Source: Sphyrna mokarran (Eukaryota). Taken from it: a DNA stretch of 61,295 bases. Under the pieces are notes generated by a model that had not been told where the DNA came from, made no database searches, and was given only the letters and a program-made list of their open reading frames with translations. The stretch spans positions 3,286,001 through 3,347,295 of the forward strand of contig JAGIQG010000016.1 in assembly GCA_024679065.1 (NCBI GenBank). Direction: 5' to 3'. The position numbers and the translations under genes are program-made. Below are positions 13,796 through 25,156 of this stretch, piece after piece. Position 1 is the first letter of the stretch; the number at the start of each line of letters is the position of its first letter.

Positions 13796-13938
13796 CAAAG
13801 GTGTTCAGCCCACAGCAGAGAAATATTCCACATATATATTTTAAGTGCAAAGTAAAAAGGGAACAAAAACTGAGTTTGATTGACTGATAAACAAAAGTCA
13901 TTGCAATTCAGATGGCACCCTGTGTTTATTTAATAATG

Positions 13939-14195
13939 ATGTAGAGATGCCGGCGTTGGACTGGGGTAGTAAGAACTCAGTAAGAATTTAGCAACACCAA
14001 TTTTAAATCCAACCGATTTATTTGATAGTAAAATTGCGAGCTTTCGACACTCTGTGTCTTTGTCAGGCAAATGCCAAATGTCATTCAGCCCCCCGAGGGG
14101 CCTCCTCCTGTCCCTATGTAACAGGCATTTGCCTGACAAAGACACAAATAAATCGGTTGGAATTAAAATTGGTGTTGCTAAATTCTTACTGAGTT
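13939..14195. mobile_element. Palindromic (inverted pLTR) Penelope-derived insert, 14-bp TSD
   Basis: TTTATTTAATAATG at 13925-13938 and 14196-14209. Arms are inverted copies of the pLTR terminus; minus-strand hammerhead remnant at 14034-14070. Confidence 0.8.
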
Positions 14196-14299
14196 TTTAT
14201 TTAATAATGTCAAAGTGAGAAGTGGAGAGGAATTAAATGATAGCATGGGATCCCTTTCTGAGTTCCTTAATGCATACAAAATATCTGCAGCTATATGTA

Positions 14300-14850
14300 C
14301 CCTATGTAACAGACTCGAGAGGGGCTGAATAGGGCCTTCCCCTATTCCTGTCTAACAGGCTTGAGGGGCTGAATTGGGCCTCTCCTGTTCCTGTGTAACA
14401 GGCTCAAGAGGGGCTGAATGGCCTCCTCCTGTTCCTGTGTAACAGGCTCGAGGGGCTGAATGGGGCCTCCTCCTGTTCCTGTGTAACAGGCTCGAGGGGC
14501 TGAATGGGGCCTTCCCCTATTCCTGTGTAACAGGCTTGAGGGGCTGAATGGGGCCTTCTCCTGTTCCTGTATAACAGGCTCGAGGGGCTGAATGGCCTCC
14601 TCCTGTTCCTGTGTAACAGGCTCGAGGGGCTGAATGGCCTCCTCCTGTTCCTGTGTAACAGGCTCAGGGGGCTGAATGGGGCCTCCTCCTGTTCCTGTGT
14701 AACAGGCTCGAGGGGCTGAATGGGGCCTCCTCCTGTTCCTGTGTAACAGGCTCGAGGGGCTGAATGGGGCCTCCTCCTGTACCTGTATAACAGGCTCGAG
14801 GGGCTGAATGGCCTCCTCCTGTTCCTGTGTAACAGGCTCGAGTGGGGCTG
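14300..14850 (-). repeat. 42-44-bp CR1-tail minisatellite, inverted relative to 6965-7430
   Basis: About 12 units of gaatggcctcctcctgttcctgtgtaacaggctcgaggggct. Confidence 0.9.
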
Positions 14851-15739
14851 GATAGATTTACAGAAAAATGACATTCAGCTTCCCCGACTTCCTCCTGACT
14901 CTATAATCTCCTGTCACCTCTCAAATCTCTCTGTCTCTTTTCTGACACAGAGGGTTTATTTGCTTTCAGTTGTATTTCGTCTTCCTGAGCAGCATGTGGG
15001 GGGATCATTCAGCCCATCATTCCAGTGCTAGCTCTTTGAAAAATCTCTCCAATTTGTTCTCACTTTCCCCCTGTTCTCTCCTGCTGTTCCTATAAATATT
15101 CCCTCTTCCGGGATTTCTCCAATTGCCCCTTTTCGAAAGTTCCAATTGAATCTGCTTCCATCGCTCTTTCCTCTTGTGATTCTGAACGGCTATTTCATTC
15201 TCTCCCTTAACCTCCTCTGTACGAAGTACAGATGTTAAACTGCAGCTATCCAGGCCTGGTAAATATTGTATGCAGTTTTGATGTCCTCATTTAAGGAGGG
15301 ATATTGTCGCTTGAGTAATTGTGGGGTCTGTCTCTTTAAGAGGAGAAGTGGGTCCCCTGACTTGAGGGACAAAGCGGGACAGAGTGATCAGCCTACAGAG
15401 TGGAGTCCCCCTGAGGCAGAATCATCCAGAAACCATGTAGTCAATTTATAAAGGCAGGGGCTCGACTGCAGGGTAGACAGTGGCTGCGATCCCCTGTGCC
15501 CAGAATACCTTCTGTTCCTACAACCTGAAGTACCTTGACATCATTTGAGGGGGTGGCATCACTCCATTGTACTTGCCACAGTGGGCATGTAGTGGAAGTT
15601 CGCCAGATTGGACCCTGGGATTGAGGTGAGATCGAGGAGACTGGGTTTGTATTCACAGGAATTTCAAATAATTGACCTCGATAAAAGTTTACAAATTTCC
15701 ACAGGATGTGCGAGCAAGGAATTGGAGAGGATGTTTTGC

Positions 15740-16315
15740 CAAATTCTTAAAAAATGTCATCAGCTGTGGAAAGTGTAGTGGAGAACATTCTCCTGTATTC
15801 ATCAACAGGGATGAAGTGGAAATGGTTGAGAGTTTCAAGTTTTTAGGTGTCCAGATCGCTAGCAACCTGTCCTGGTCCCTCCATTGCTAACATTCTCATT
15901 AAGAAAGCCCACCAACACCTCTATTTTCTCAGAAGACTGAAGAACTTTGGCATATCTACTATGACTCTCAGCAACTTTTACAGAGGCTTTTTACAGAAAG
16001 CATTCTTAATGGTTGTATCACAGCTTGTTTTGGCTCCTGCCCTGCCCAAGACTGCAAGAAACTACGAAAGGTTGTGACTGTAGCCCAATCCATCACGTAA
16101 ACCAGCTTCCCATCCATTGACTCTGTCTACGCTTCCAGCTGCCTCTGGCGTAACTAAGGACCCCACGCAACCCGGACATTCTGTCTTCCACCTTCTTCCA
16201 TCGGGAAAAAGGTACAAAACTCTGATGAGCACGTACCAACCGACTCAAGAACAACTTCTTCCCTGCTGCTGTCAGACATTTCAATGGGCCTACCCCGCAT
16301 TAAGCTAATCTTTAG
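15740..16315 (+). mobile_element. Rex1/Babar LINE ORF 3' fragment
   Basis: VESFKFLGVQIASNLSW, KKAHQHLYFLRRLK, DPTQPGHSVFHLLPSGKRY. Confidence 0.85.
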
Positions 16316-16754
16316 CTATTTGCCTCACTCGATCTTCTGAACTCTGGCAAACATCGGCCAAAGCTTCTCCATATCTGATCATAAGACACCTCTTTTCACA
16401 GACTTTAGCACAGAATCTTAACAGTGCAGAAAATGGCTACTTGGTCCATTCAGTTTGCACCGACTTAAAAACAAATGAAGTTACAGCCTAAGAATAGGCC
16501 CTTCACCCCTCCAAGCCTGCAGCAACCATACTGCCCATCTGAACTAAAACCCACTATCCTTCCAGCGACTATATCCCTCCATTCCCATCCTATTCCTGGA
16601 TAAAAGTCACAAATTAATTGAATTTGACTTCCACCAGTTGCCATGCTTGGATTTAAACATGCATGGGTGTCTCTGGATTACTGGTCCAGTGACATTACCA
16701 CTATGCCACTATCTCCTCCATCTCCCCAAAAGATCATCTTATCTAGGCCTTCTG

Positions 16755-17280
16755 CCCTAATCTTTGGACACCAAAGGACAATTTAGCATGGCCAATTCAC
16801 CTAATCTGCACAACTTTGGACATTAAGGGACAATTTAGCATGGCCAATCTATCTGAAGTACACATCTTCAGACACTGAAAGACAACTTTGCATGGCTAAT
16901 CCATTTAACCTGCACATCTTTGGATTCTAAGGGGCAATTTAGCGTGGACAAACCACCCAGCCTGCATGTCTTTGGATACTAGGGGGCAATTTAGCATGGC
17001 CAATCTATCTTAACTACACACCTTCAGACACAAAGGGACAATTTAATATGGCCAATCCACCTCACCTCCACAACTTTGGACACAGGGGCAATTTCGCATG
17101 GCCACTCCACCTAACTACACATCTTTCAGACTGTGGGAGGAAACTGAAGCACCCAGAGGAAATCCACACAGACATGGGGAGAACATGCAAATGCCACACA
17201 GACCAGTGACCCAAGCTGGGAATCGAATCTAGGTCCTTGGCGCGGTGAGGCAGCAGTGCCAACCTCAGTGCCACCGTGCC
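16755..17280 (-). mobile_element. HE1/V-SINE with an internally amplified ~52-bp segment (~7 copies)
   Basis: Tandem tttggacactaaggggcaatttagcatggccaatccacctaacctgcacatc variants followed by a single SINE body and head. Confidence 0.8.
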
Positions 17281-17519
17281 AGCTGCAGAATCTGGCGAGT
17301 GAAGTTTTGCCGTACTCCATCTGAGACAGGTCTAACTTTCCTGAGATAAGAAGACCAAGACTGGGCACAGAATTCCCTGTTATGGTCTCATTGAATCCGT
17401 TCAGACTCCTTGCTGCTTCCCCTGACTGGGGGAAGATTGATCAACTGCAAGATTACCAATTATTGACAGTACCAAAAAATGGAGTCCAAATGCATGGAGA
17501 TGAAGCATTTTTTATGGAC

Positions 17520-18140
17520 TTCTCTGTCAGGAATTCCCCATTATACCAAACCCCCAACAACACTCAAGATGCCCGAGTAACTCACTTCCTGACTGCCTGA
17601 AGCCTGTCCACCATCTACAAGGACACAAGTCAGGAGTGTGATGGAATACTCCCCACTCGGATGATGGGTGCAGCTCCAACAACACTTGAGAAGCTCGACA
17701 CCATCCAGGACAAAGCAGCCCCGCTCAATCGACACACTAACCACAAACACTCACTCCCTCCAACCCCGATGCGCAGTGACAGCCGTGTGTACCATCTACA
17801 AGGTGCACTGCAGCATCTCACCAAGGCTCCTTAGGCAGCACCTTCCAAACCCAACACTGCTATCATCTAGAAGGACAAGGGTAGCAGATACCTGGGAACA
17901 CCCCCACTGGAGGTTCCCCTCCGAGTCACTCACCATCCCAACTTGGAAATATATCGCCTGTTCCTTCACTGTCACTGGATTTAAATCCTGGGACTCCCTC
18001 CCAAACAGCACTGTGGGTGTACCTTCACCTCAGGGACTGCAGCGGGTTCAAGGCAGTGGCTCACCCTTGACCTTCTCAAGAGGCAATTAGGGATGGGCAA
18101 TAAATATTGGAAACAGCCAGCGACACCCACAAAAGAATAC
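17520..18140 (+). mobile_element. CR1/L2-superfamily LINE 3' fragment (agtcaggagtgtgatggaatac... family)
   Basis: Same family at 25735-26281, 34195-34600 (minus) and 60050-61140; ends in gggcaattagggatgggcaataaat. Confidence 0.7.
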
Positions 18141-19113
18141 AAAATTAAGTTCACACAACAGATTTATTTTTGAAAAGATATCAATCGACTGTCAACAGTT
18201 TTAAGATACTTGAAAATTTACTTGTAAAACATTTCCCCAGATTTAAATTTTAACTTGAAATAATTCTAAGTTTAGACTAAAATCAAAAGTTTAAATTGAA
18301 TTTTGAACTATTCACAAAACATTTGAATAATTCTCAGACCAAAACTTCACAAAAGTGTTAAATTATTCCCAAACATTTCTCTCCAAATAGAAATTATTGC
18401 ACCTACTGTGGGTGGCATGGTGGCACAGTGGTTAGCACTGCTGCCTCACAGCACCAGGGACATGGGTTCGATTCCCGTCTGGTCGGTACAGTGGTTAGCA
18501 TTGCTACCTGACAGCGCCAGGGACCCGGTTCGATTCCCATCTGGGTAGCACAGTGATTAGCACTACTGCCTCACAGCGCCAGCGACCCAGGTTTGATTCC
18601 CAGCTCAGGACACTGTCTGTGCAGAGTCTGCACTTCCTCCCTGTGTCTGCGTGCGTTTCCTCTGGGTGCTCCGATTTCCTCTTAAAGTCCGAAAGATATC
18701 CTGGTTAGGTGCAAAATTCTCTCTCCTGGTACCCGAACAGGCACCGCAGTACGGCAACTAGGGGATTTTCATCCCCTAGTAACTTCATTGCAGTATTAAT
18801 GTAAACCTATTTGTGATACTCATAAATTAAAGTTAAAAGAAACATTTCTCTCTGGAGAGAAATTATTGCCCCGTGAGCAATATTCGCTTCACAAGATTCT
18901 CAAATATTGAATTTACATTTAATTCTCGCTGTGCATTTGAAACAAAGGTCAGATTTAAATTTAACTCGATTTGTTAACCATTTGCAGAAATTGTGCTTCG
19001 GATAGAAGTTATTCCCAAAGAAGTTTGAAAAGTTATTTCACACAAGGTTTTATTTTTGTTCCAGGCGTTTTAAGATCCGTTTCATGAGGTCTAAACGTCT
19101 CTGTGGGACTTAC

Positions 19114-19124
19114 CTTGGGCACAT
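19114..19124 (-). CDS. B7-family gene B, probable exon 1 coding part (ATG TGC CCA AG = M-C-P-R, phase 2)
   Basis: Consensus donor AAG|GTAAGT (GT at 19113-19112). Phase 2 joins in frame to the 1-nt overhang of exon 8746-8798. No upstream ATG in the ~70 nt 5'UTR. Promoter motifs lie immediately upstream. Confidence 0.7.
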
Positions 19125-19194
19125 ACACAAGGCTGAGAGATTGTCACCCGAGGGATTGTCCGTGTTGTCAGCAGGAGAGAAATGTGTGATCCAC

Positions 19195-19290
19195 TCACTC
19201 AGCCAGCCTCAGATCAAGTGTGTTTTATCAGGGAACATTGGACATTGTTGGCTGAAACCGAAAAGGAAAATATGGACTTTCCCCTCGAGA
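19195..19290 (-). promoter_or_regulatory. Candidate proximal promoter of gene B (ISRE/IRF-E, kB-like site, TATA-like GATAAAA)
   Basis: GAAACCGAAA at 19254-19263; TGGACTTTCC at 19273-19282 (9/10 to GGGACTTTCC); minus-strand GATAAAA at 19223-19229, ~100 nt upstream of the exon-1 ATG. Confidence 0.6.
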
Positions 19291-22200
19291 GGCTCCTCCC
19301 TCCTCTGAGATCACCAGCTAAACACGTGTGGACCAAGTACAGTGAGATTTGTTGTGCAATGCTGAAGGTAGGGGAATCAGTCATTGCCAGTGGCTGGAGA
19401 GATATCAACGTGTGCGTAAATATCTCCCCATTCCACTCACACATTCTCCCCTGCCCCACAAAACAGTTTACACCCTAGATCAATGAGCACCATCGAGGGA
19501 CATTACTCAGTCTGACTGAGGTTCGAATTTATAATCAATTTATAATTCTCCCCATGGGGAGGAATGAGGAGGGGTGATATATTGAGCTGTTCCAGGTCCT
19601 TCAATAGAGGACGTAAGAACTAGGAGGCACTGTGGCTCACTAGTTAGCACTGCTGCCTCACAACGTCAAGGACCCGGGTTCGATTCCCATCTGGGTGGCA
19701 CACTGGTTAGCACTGCTGTCTCACAGCGCCAGGGACCCAGGTTCGATTCCCAGCTGGGGTCACTGTCTGCGTGGAGTTTGCACATTCTCCCTGTGTTTGT
19801 GTGGGTTTCCTCCCACAGTCTGAAAGATGTACTGATTAGGTACATTGTCCATACGAAATCCTCCCACAGTGTACCTGAACAGGTGCCGGAATGTGGCAGC
19901 TCGGGTATTTTCACAATAACTTCATTGCAGTGTTAATGTAAGCCTGCTTGCAGCACTAATAAATAAATGAAATGGGATTAGTATAGATTGGTATTTGATG
20001 GTTGGCATAGATATGGTGGGCTGAAGGGCTGTTTCTTTTTGGGTGGCACAGTGGTTGGCACTGCTGCCCCAGGGACCCGGGTTCGTTGCCTGGTTTTAGT
20101 CACTGTCTGTGTGGAGTCTGCACGTTCTCCCTGTGTCTGTATGGGTTTCCCCTCAGTGCTCCAGTTCCCTCCCACAGTCAGAAAGATGCGGTGGTTAGGT
20201 GCTAAGTTCTCGCTTTGTGTACCCGAACAGGTGCCGGAGTGTGCCGAGTAAGGATTTTTCACAGTAACTTCATTGCAGTGTTAATGTAAGCCTGCTTATG
20301 ACACTAATAAATAAACTTTTAAGATTTAGTGCAGGAACAATGGAGGCTGAATGGCCTTTCCTTGTGTGATTGGGACAAGAGAGTTTGTTTGATGCCATTA
20401 ACACTCTGACGATGGGATTGGACAGCAGAGCTGTTGCCAGGGTACGGTACTTGGAGTTAGTCCTTGCCTGACTACATTCCTAAGTCGGTGATGTAACCAA
20501 ATAAGGTAACCCTAAGCATGAACTACATTATTACTTTAGCTCTGCAAGGTGCATTACAACATCGATACTTCCGGACTGGTTACCGAGACAATGTGTGGAT
20601 CCATTTTAAATAAGCCTCCCCCACATGGGAACCACATTCGGTAAGATTTATTTGCCAAATAAAGCTGGCCAATTGGTGATGTCATCTAATTGTAGTAAAT
20701 TTAAATTCTAAATTCATTTGTGGGATGTGGGCATCGCTGGGCCAGCAATTATTGTGCCTCTCTAGTTGCTGCCATTCTGCTGTCTCCCCTGATGGCGTGT
20801 TCCAGACACCCACTGCTCTCTGCGTGAAAAACTTCCCCCTCTCACCTTGAGCCTGTGCCCCCTTGTAATCGACACTTCCACCCTGGGAAAAAGCTTCTGA
20901 CTATCCACTCTGTCGGTGTCCCTCATAATCTTGTAGACTTCTATCAGGTTGCCCTCTCAGCCTCCATCTTTCCATGAAAAGAATCCTAGTTTGTTCAACC
21001 TCTTCTCATACCCAACGCCCTCAAGGCCACCTTGGTAAACTTTTTTTGCACTCTCTCCAAAGCATCCATATCCTTCTGGCAGTGTGGCGACCAGAACAGT
21101 GCCCAATATTCTAAATGTGGCTTAACTAAAGTTTTTTGGATCTGAAATATAACTCGTCAACTTTGATACTTCTTGCCCTGGCTGATGAAGGCAAGCATGC
21201 CTTCTTGACCACCTTATCCACTTGAGTGGCCACTTTCAGTGAACTGTGGACCTGCACACCCAGATCCCTCTGTCTGTCAATGTTCCCTAAGGTTCTGCCA
21301 TTTATTGTATAATTCACACTTGAATTTGATCTTCCAAATTGCACCACCATGCATTTGTCTGAGAAGCTCTTATTGTCAGTTTTATGTTGCCCCTCTGTCT
21401 ATGATGAGTCCGCATGTTCTCCCTGTGTCTACATGGGTTTCCTCTAGGTGCTTTAGTTTCCTCCCACAGTCTGAAAGATGTGCAGGTTAGATGGATTGGC
21501 CATGCTAAATTGTCCCCTCATCAGCCAGGGCAAGAAGTAAGGGGACTCACAGGGTGGTACAGTGGCACAGTAGTTAGCACTGCTGCTTCACAGCTCCAGA
21601 GACCCAGGTTCGATTCCCGGCTTGGGTCACTGTCTGTGTGGAGTTTGCACGTTGTCCCATTTCTGTGTGGGTTTCCTCTGGGTTCTCCAGTTTCCTCCCA
21701 CAGTCCAAAAATATGCAGGTGGACTGGCCATGATAAATTGTCCCTTAGTGTTGGGGTGTCACAGGGTAAATATGTGGGGTTACGGGTATCGGGCCTAAGT
21801 GGGATTGTTGTCGGTGTAGACTGGATGGGCCGAATGGCTCTTTCTGCATTGTAGAGATTCTATGATTCTATTCTAGTCTATGATGTGCTAGTTAGGTACA
21901 TTGGCCATGCTAAGTTCTCCCTCACTGTACCTGAACAAGTGGCAACTAGGGGATTTCCATGGTAACTTCATTGCTGTGTTAACGTAAGCCGACTTGTGAC
22001 TAAAAAATAAATTTTAATTTTCTTTCTCTCTTTTTATTATCCTTTTGGTCCTCCTTTGCTGGATTTTTGAATTCATCCCAATCTTTCAGGGCTAGGACCG
22101 ACTTTATCTCCATTTGTGCTTTTCTTTTCAATGTAATACTCTCCTTACCTTCCTCATAGTTGGTTTATCCCTCTCATAGAATCTTTCCTTCTCACTGGGA

Positions 22201-23149
22201 TAAATTTTAGCTGAGAATTAGAAATTACCTTCTTAAATGTTTGTTGCTGCTCACTTACTGTCTTTCTTGCTAACCTCTCTGCCCAGTTCATTTTAGCTAA
22301 CTCTATCCCCATGTAATTGTTTCATCGAATCCCTACAGGAAGGAGGGTATTTAGCCCATCAAGTATGTACCAACCTTGATCCCACCCAGGCCCTATTCCC
22401 ATTACCCTCATTTACCCGAGCTAATTCCCCTGACAATAGGGTCGATTTACCATGGCCAGTCAACCTAACCCGTATATCTTTGCACTGTAGGAGGAAACCG
22501 GAGCACCGGGGGAAACCCACGCAGATACGGCAAGATTTGCAAACTCCACACAGACAGTGACCCAAAGCTGGGAATTAAACACAGGACCCTGGAGCTGTGA
22601 GGCAGCAGTGCTAACCACTGTACCACCGTGTCACCCTTCATACTATGATCACTACTTCCTAGCGAACCTTTGATGATGAGGTAATTTATTAAACCTGCCT
22701 CATTACCCATTACCAGGTCAGGAAAACATATACCCTGATTGGCTCCAGAATGTATTATTCCAGGAAACTATCCCTAATGCACTTTGTGCGATATGTTGTC
22801 ATAATTATCCATCATTATTGTTGACATGTCTACATTGCTATGTGTTACTCAAGAGATGAACAACTGTCTCCTGAATGAAGTCTTCTTCCCTTCTAATTAA
22901 ACTGATTCCTGTTCACTCCTACACCAGCACATTAGAAAGCCACTCCAAAAGATGTTGCAATCTGCTTCACATAATGGATGTTGCATCTCTGGAGTAGCAT
23001 GTAAGAATGTAGACTTTGTGGAAGCAGGCAATAGTGAAGGAGGCACAACTACAATTACGCTGTGACATGTGCCTCTCCATAAATGGAGGTCAGTCTATCA
23101 TACGATCGCCTGCATTCACTTTCATAATAGGCTATAAGGCATCCAAAAT

Positions 23150-23735
23150 GGAAGAGTCTGGGGATTAGAGGAATGGTTTTCGATGGGACAGTTAGGGGAT
23201 TAGAGGGATAGTCTTTGATGGGAGAGTCAGGGGAATAGAGGGATAATTTTCAATGGAGAGTTAGGGGATTAGAGGGATGGTCTTCAGTGAGAGAGTTAAA
23301 GGATTAGGGGGATGGTCTTCAATGGGAGAGTTAGGGGATTAGAGGGATGGTCTTCAATGGAGAGTTAGAGGATTAGAGGGATGGTCTTTGATGGAGAGTT
23401 AGGGGATTAGAGAGAGGTCTTTGATGGAGAGTTAGGGGATTAGAGAGATGGTCTTTGATGGAGAGTTAGGGGATTAGAGGGATGGTCTTTGATGGAGAGT
23501 TAGGGATTAGAGGGATGGTCTTCAATGGAGGGTTAGAGGATTAGAGGGATGGTCTTTGATGGAGAGTTAGGGGATTAGAGAGATGGTCTTTGATGGAGAG
23601 TTAGGGGATTAGAGGGATGGTCTTTGATGGAAAGTTAGGGGATTAGAGGGATGGTCTTCAATGGGAGGGTTAGAGGATTAGAGGGATGGTCTTTGATGGA
23701 GAGTTAGGGGATTAGAGGGATGTTCTTTGATGGGA
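23150..23735. repeat. ~34-bp minisatellite (gatggagagttaggggattagagggatggtcttt)
   Basis: About 17 tandem units, degenerate at the edges. Confidence 0.9.
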
Positions 23736-23999
23736 GATTTTGGTTGGGAACCCAGTAGTCAATGGGATTTTCCAATATTAATAAAGTGACTGAAGTACTG
23801 CATTGTTTTTGCTGGTACTGAACATGTAGATCAATACTTTTGCTCATGCATTCTCACCCCTCATTCTCAGGAACCAGAGTTTCAGGCGACATTTTTTAAA
23901 AGGGAGCTTTGTGGAATGGTTAATAGGAGCAGCAGGTCATCCCTGAGCTGTTGGGAGAGTATTATCAGACCGTCACTCTATAGAAGCAAGCCGGAGTTT

Positions 24000-24230
24000 C
24001 CGTGATTCCTCACTTCTGTTCACCCTCATGTGCCAATGTGCAACTTTGACTGAAACAAAACATTTGTGGTTTTTGGTTTGCAGATGTCATACTCTCTCCT
24101 TGGTTTTGGTTTCCGTTTCATCCTGTACCTTGGCACGCTGCAGGAAACACATGTTGAAACCAGTGACCAAGTCATGGGTGTTGGATTTCTATGCTGGAGG
24201 TAGCAGTGAAGAGGAAGCAGAGAAGGAAAT
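24000..24230. promoter_or_regulatory. Candidate haematopoietic enhancer ~5 kb upstream of gene B
   Basis: Non-repetitive island with RUNX TGTGGTT (24065-24071), E-box CAGATG (24081-24086), ISRE-like GTTTCCGTTTCA (24109-24120) and PU-box AAGAGGAAG (24209-24217). Confidence 0.35.
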
Positions 24231-25156
24231 ATATATACAGAGAGAGAGAGAGAAAGGAGGAAGAGACAGAGTGCAAGGGCAGAGGGTCTGGAGTTTATGC
24301 ATTCACTCCCAGACTGGTTGAAACATTAGCTTCAGGCCTATTTCAGCCCCTTCGAGCCTATTACACAGGAACAGGAGGAAGCCCCATTCAGTCCCCTACA
24401 ACCCTCCCTATCTCTATAACTTCCTCAGGCCCCTGAACCTTCCCTATCTCTGTAACATCCTCCAGCCCCTACAAACCTCCCTATTTCTGTAACCTCCTCT
24501 AGCCTCTGCAACTCTCCCTATCTCTGTAATGTCCTCCAGCCCTATGACCCTCCGAGCTCTCTGCGTTTCTCCACTTCCGGCCTCTTGAACATCCCCTGAG
24601 TCCCATCGCTCCGCCATTGGCAGCCATGCCTTCAGATGTCTGGGTGGGGGGCGCTAAGCTGTGGAATTCCTTCCCTAAAGTTTATCTCTTCTCCTTCCTA
24701 CATAAAACTCTTTGATCCAGTATTTGGTCATCTGTCCCTGATATCTCCTAAGAGGGATCTCTCGGGTAAATGTTTGACTGATATGTCCCCTGTCAGACTC
24801 CACATCACCCTCCGCGGAATATTTGATTTATACTTTTGGCCTTTGATGTGCCCAATCTTCTAGTCACAGTTTGAGATCAGGAGTCCTGATAAGCGTACAT
24901 TGTACGGATGTTTATTTTCCTCAATTATTCAAATTAATCATTTGTTGTTTATTTTGAACGAGATTGTTATGGTGATGTAGAAATGAAAGGAAGTGATTGA
25001 GGCTGGTTAATAAAGCAATCTAGGTGTGTGGGGAGGGCATATTGTGGGACCTGACTCACTAGGCCCCAAACCTGTTTTCCCTCAACTATGTCAACATTAC
25101 ATGTCATTTTGAACAGTTGGCACCTATTGCATTATATAATTAGGCCCAGGATTGCT

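Larger units (their letters stand above)
18410..22630. mobile_element. Cluster of HE1/V-SINEs (18410-18830, 19625-19970, 20040-20320, 21410-22010 plus; 22325-22630 minus) and a CR1 fragment (20780-21360 minus) around gene B exon 1
   Basis: Repeated tRNA-like heads gtggcacagtggttagcactgctgcctcacagc..gggttcgattccc; head triplicated at 18410-18600 and duplicated at 19625-19750. Confidence 0.85.

Noticed and set aside
18410-18600. tRNA genes
   Set aside because: A/B-box-like heads of HE1/V-SINEs followed by SINE bodies; not intact tRNAs.
24084-24199. Plus-strand exon-like ORF MSYSLLGFGFRFILYLGTLQ...
   Set aside because: Weak donor and no partner plus-strand exons found; treated as chance.
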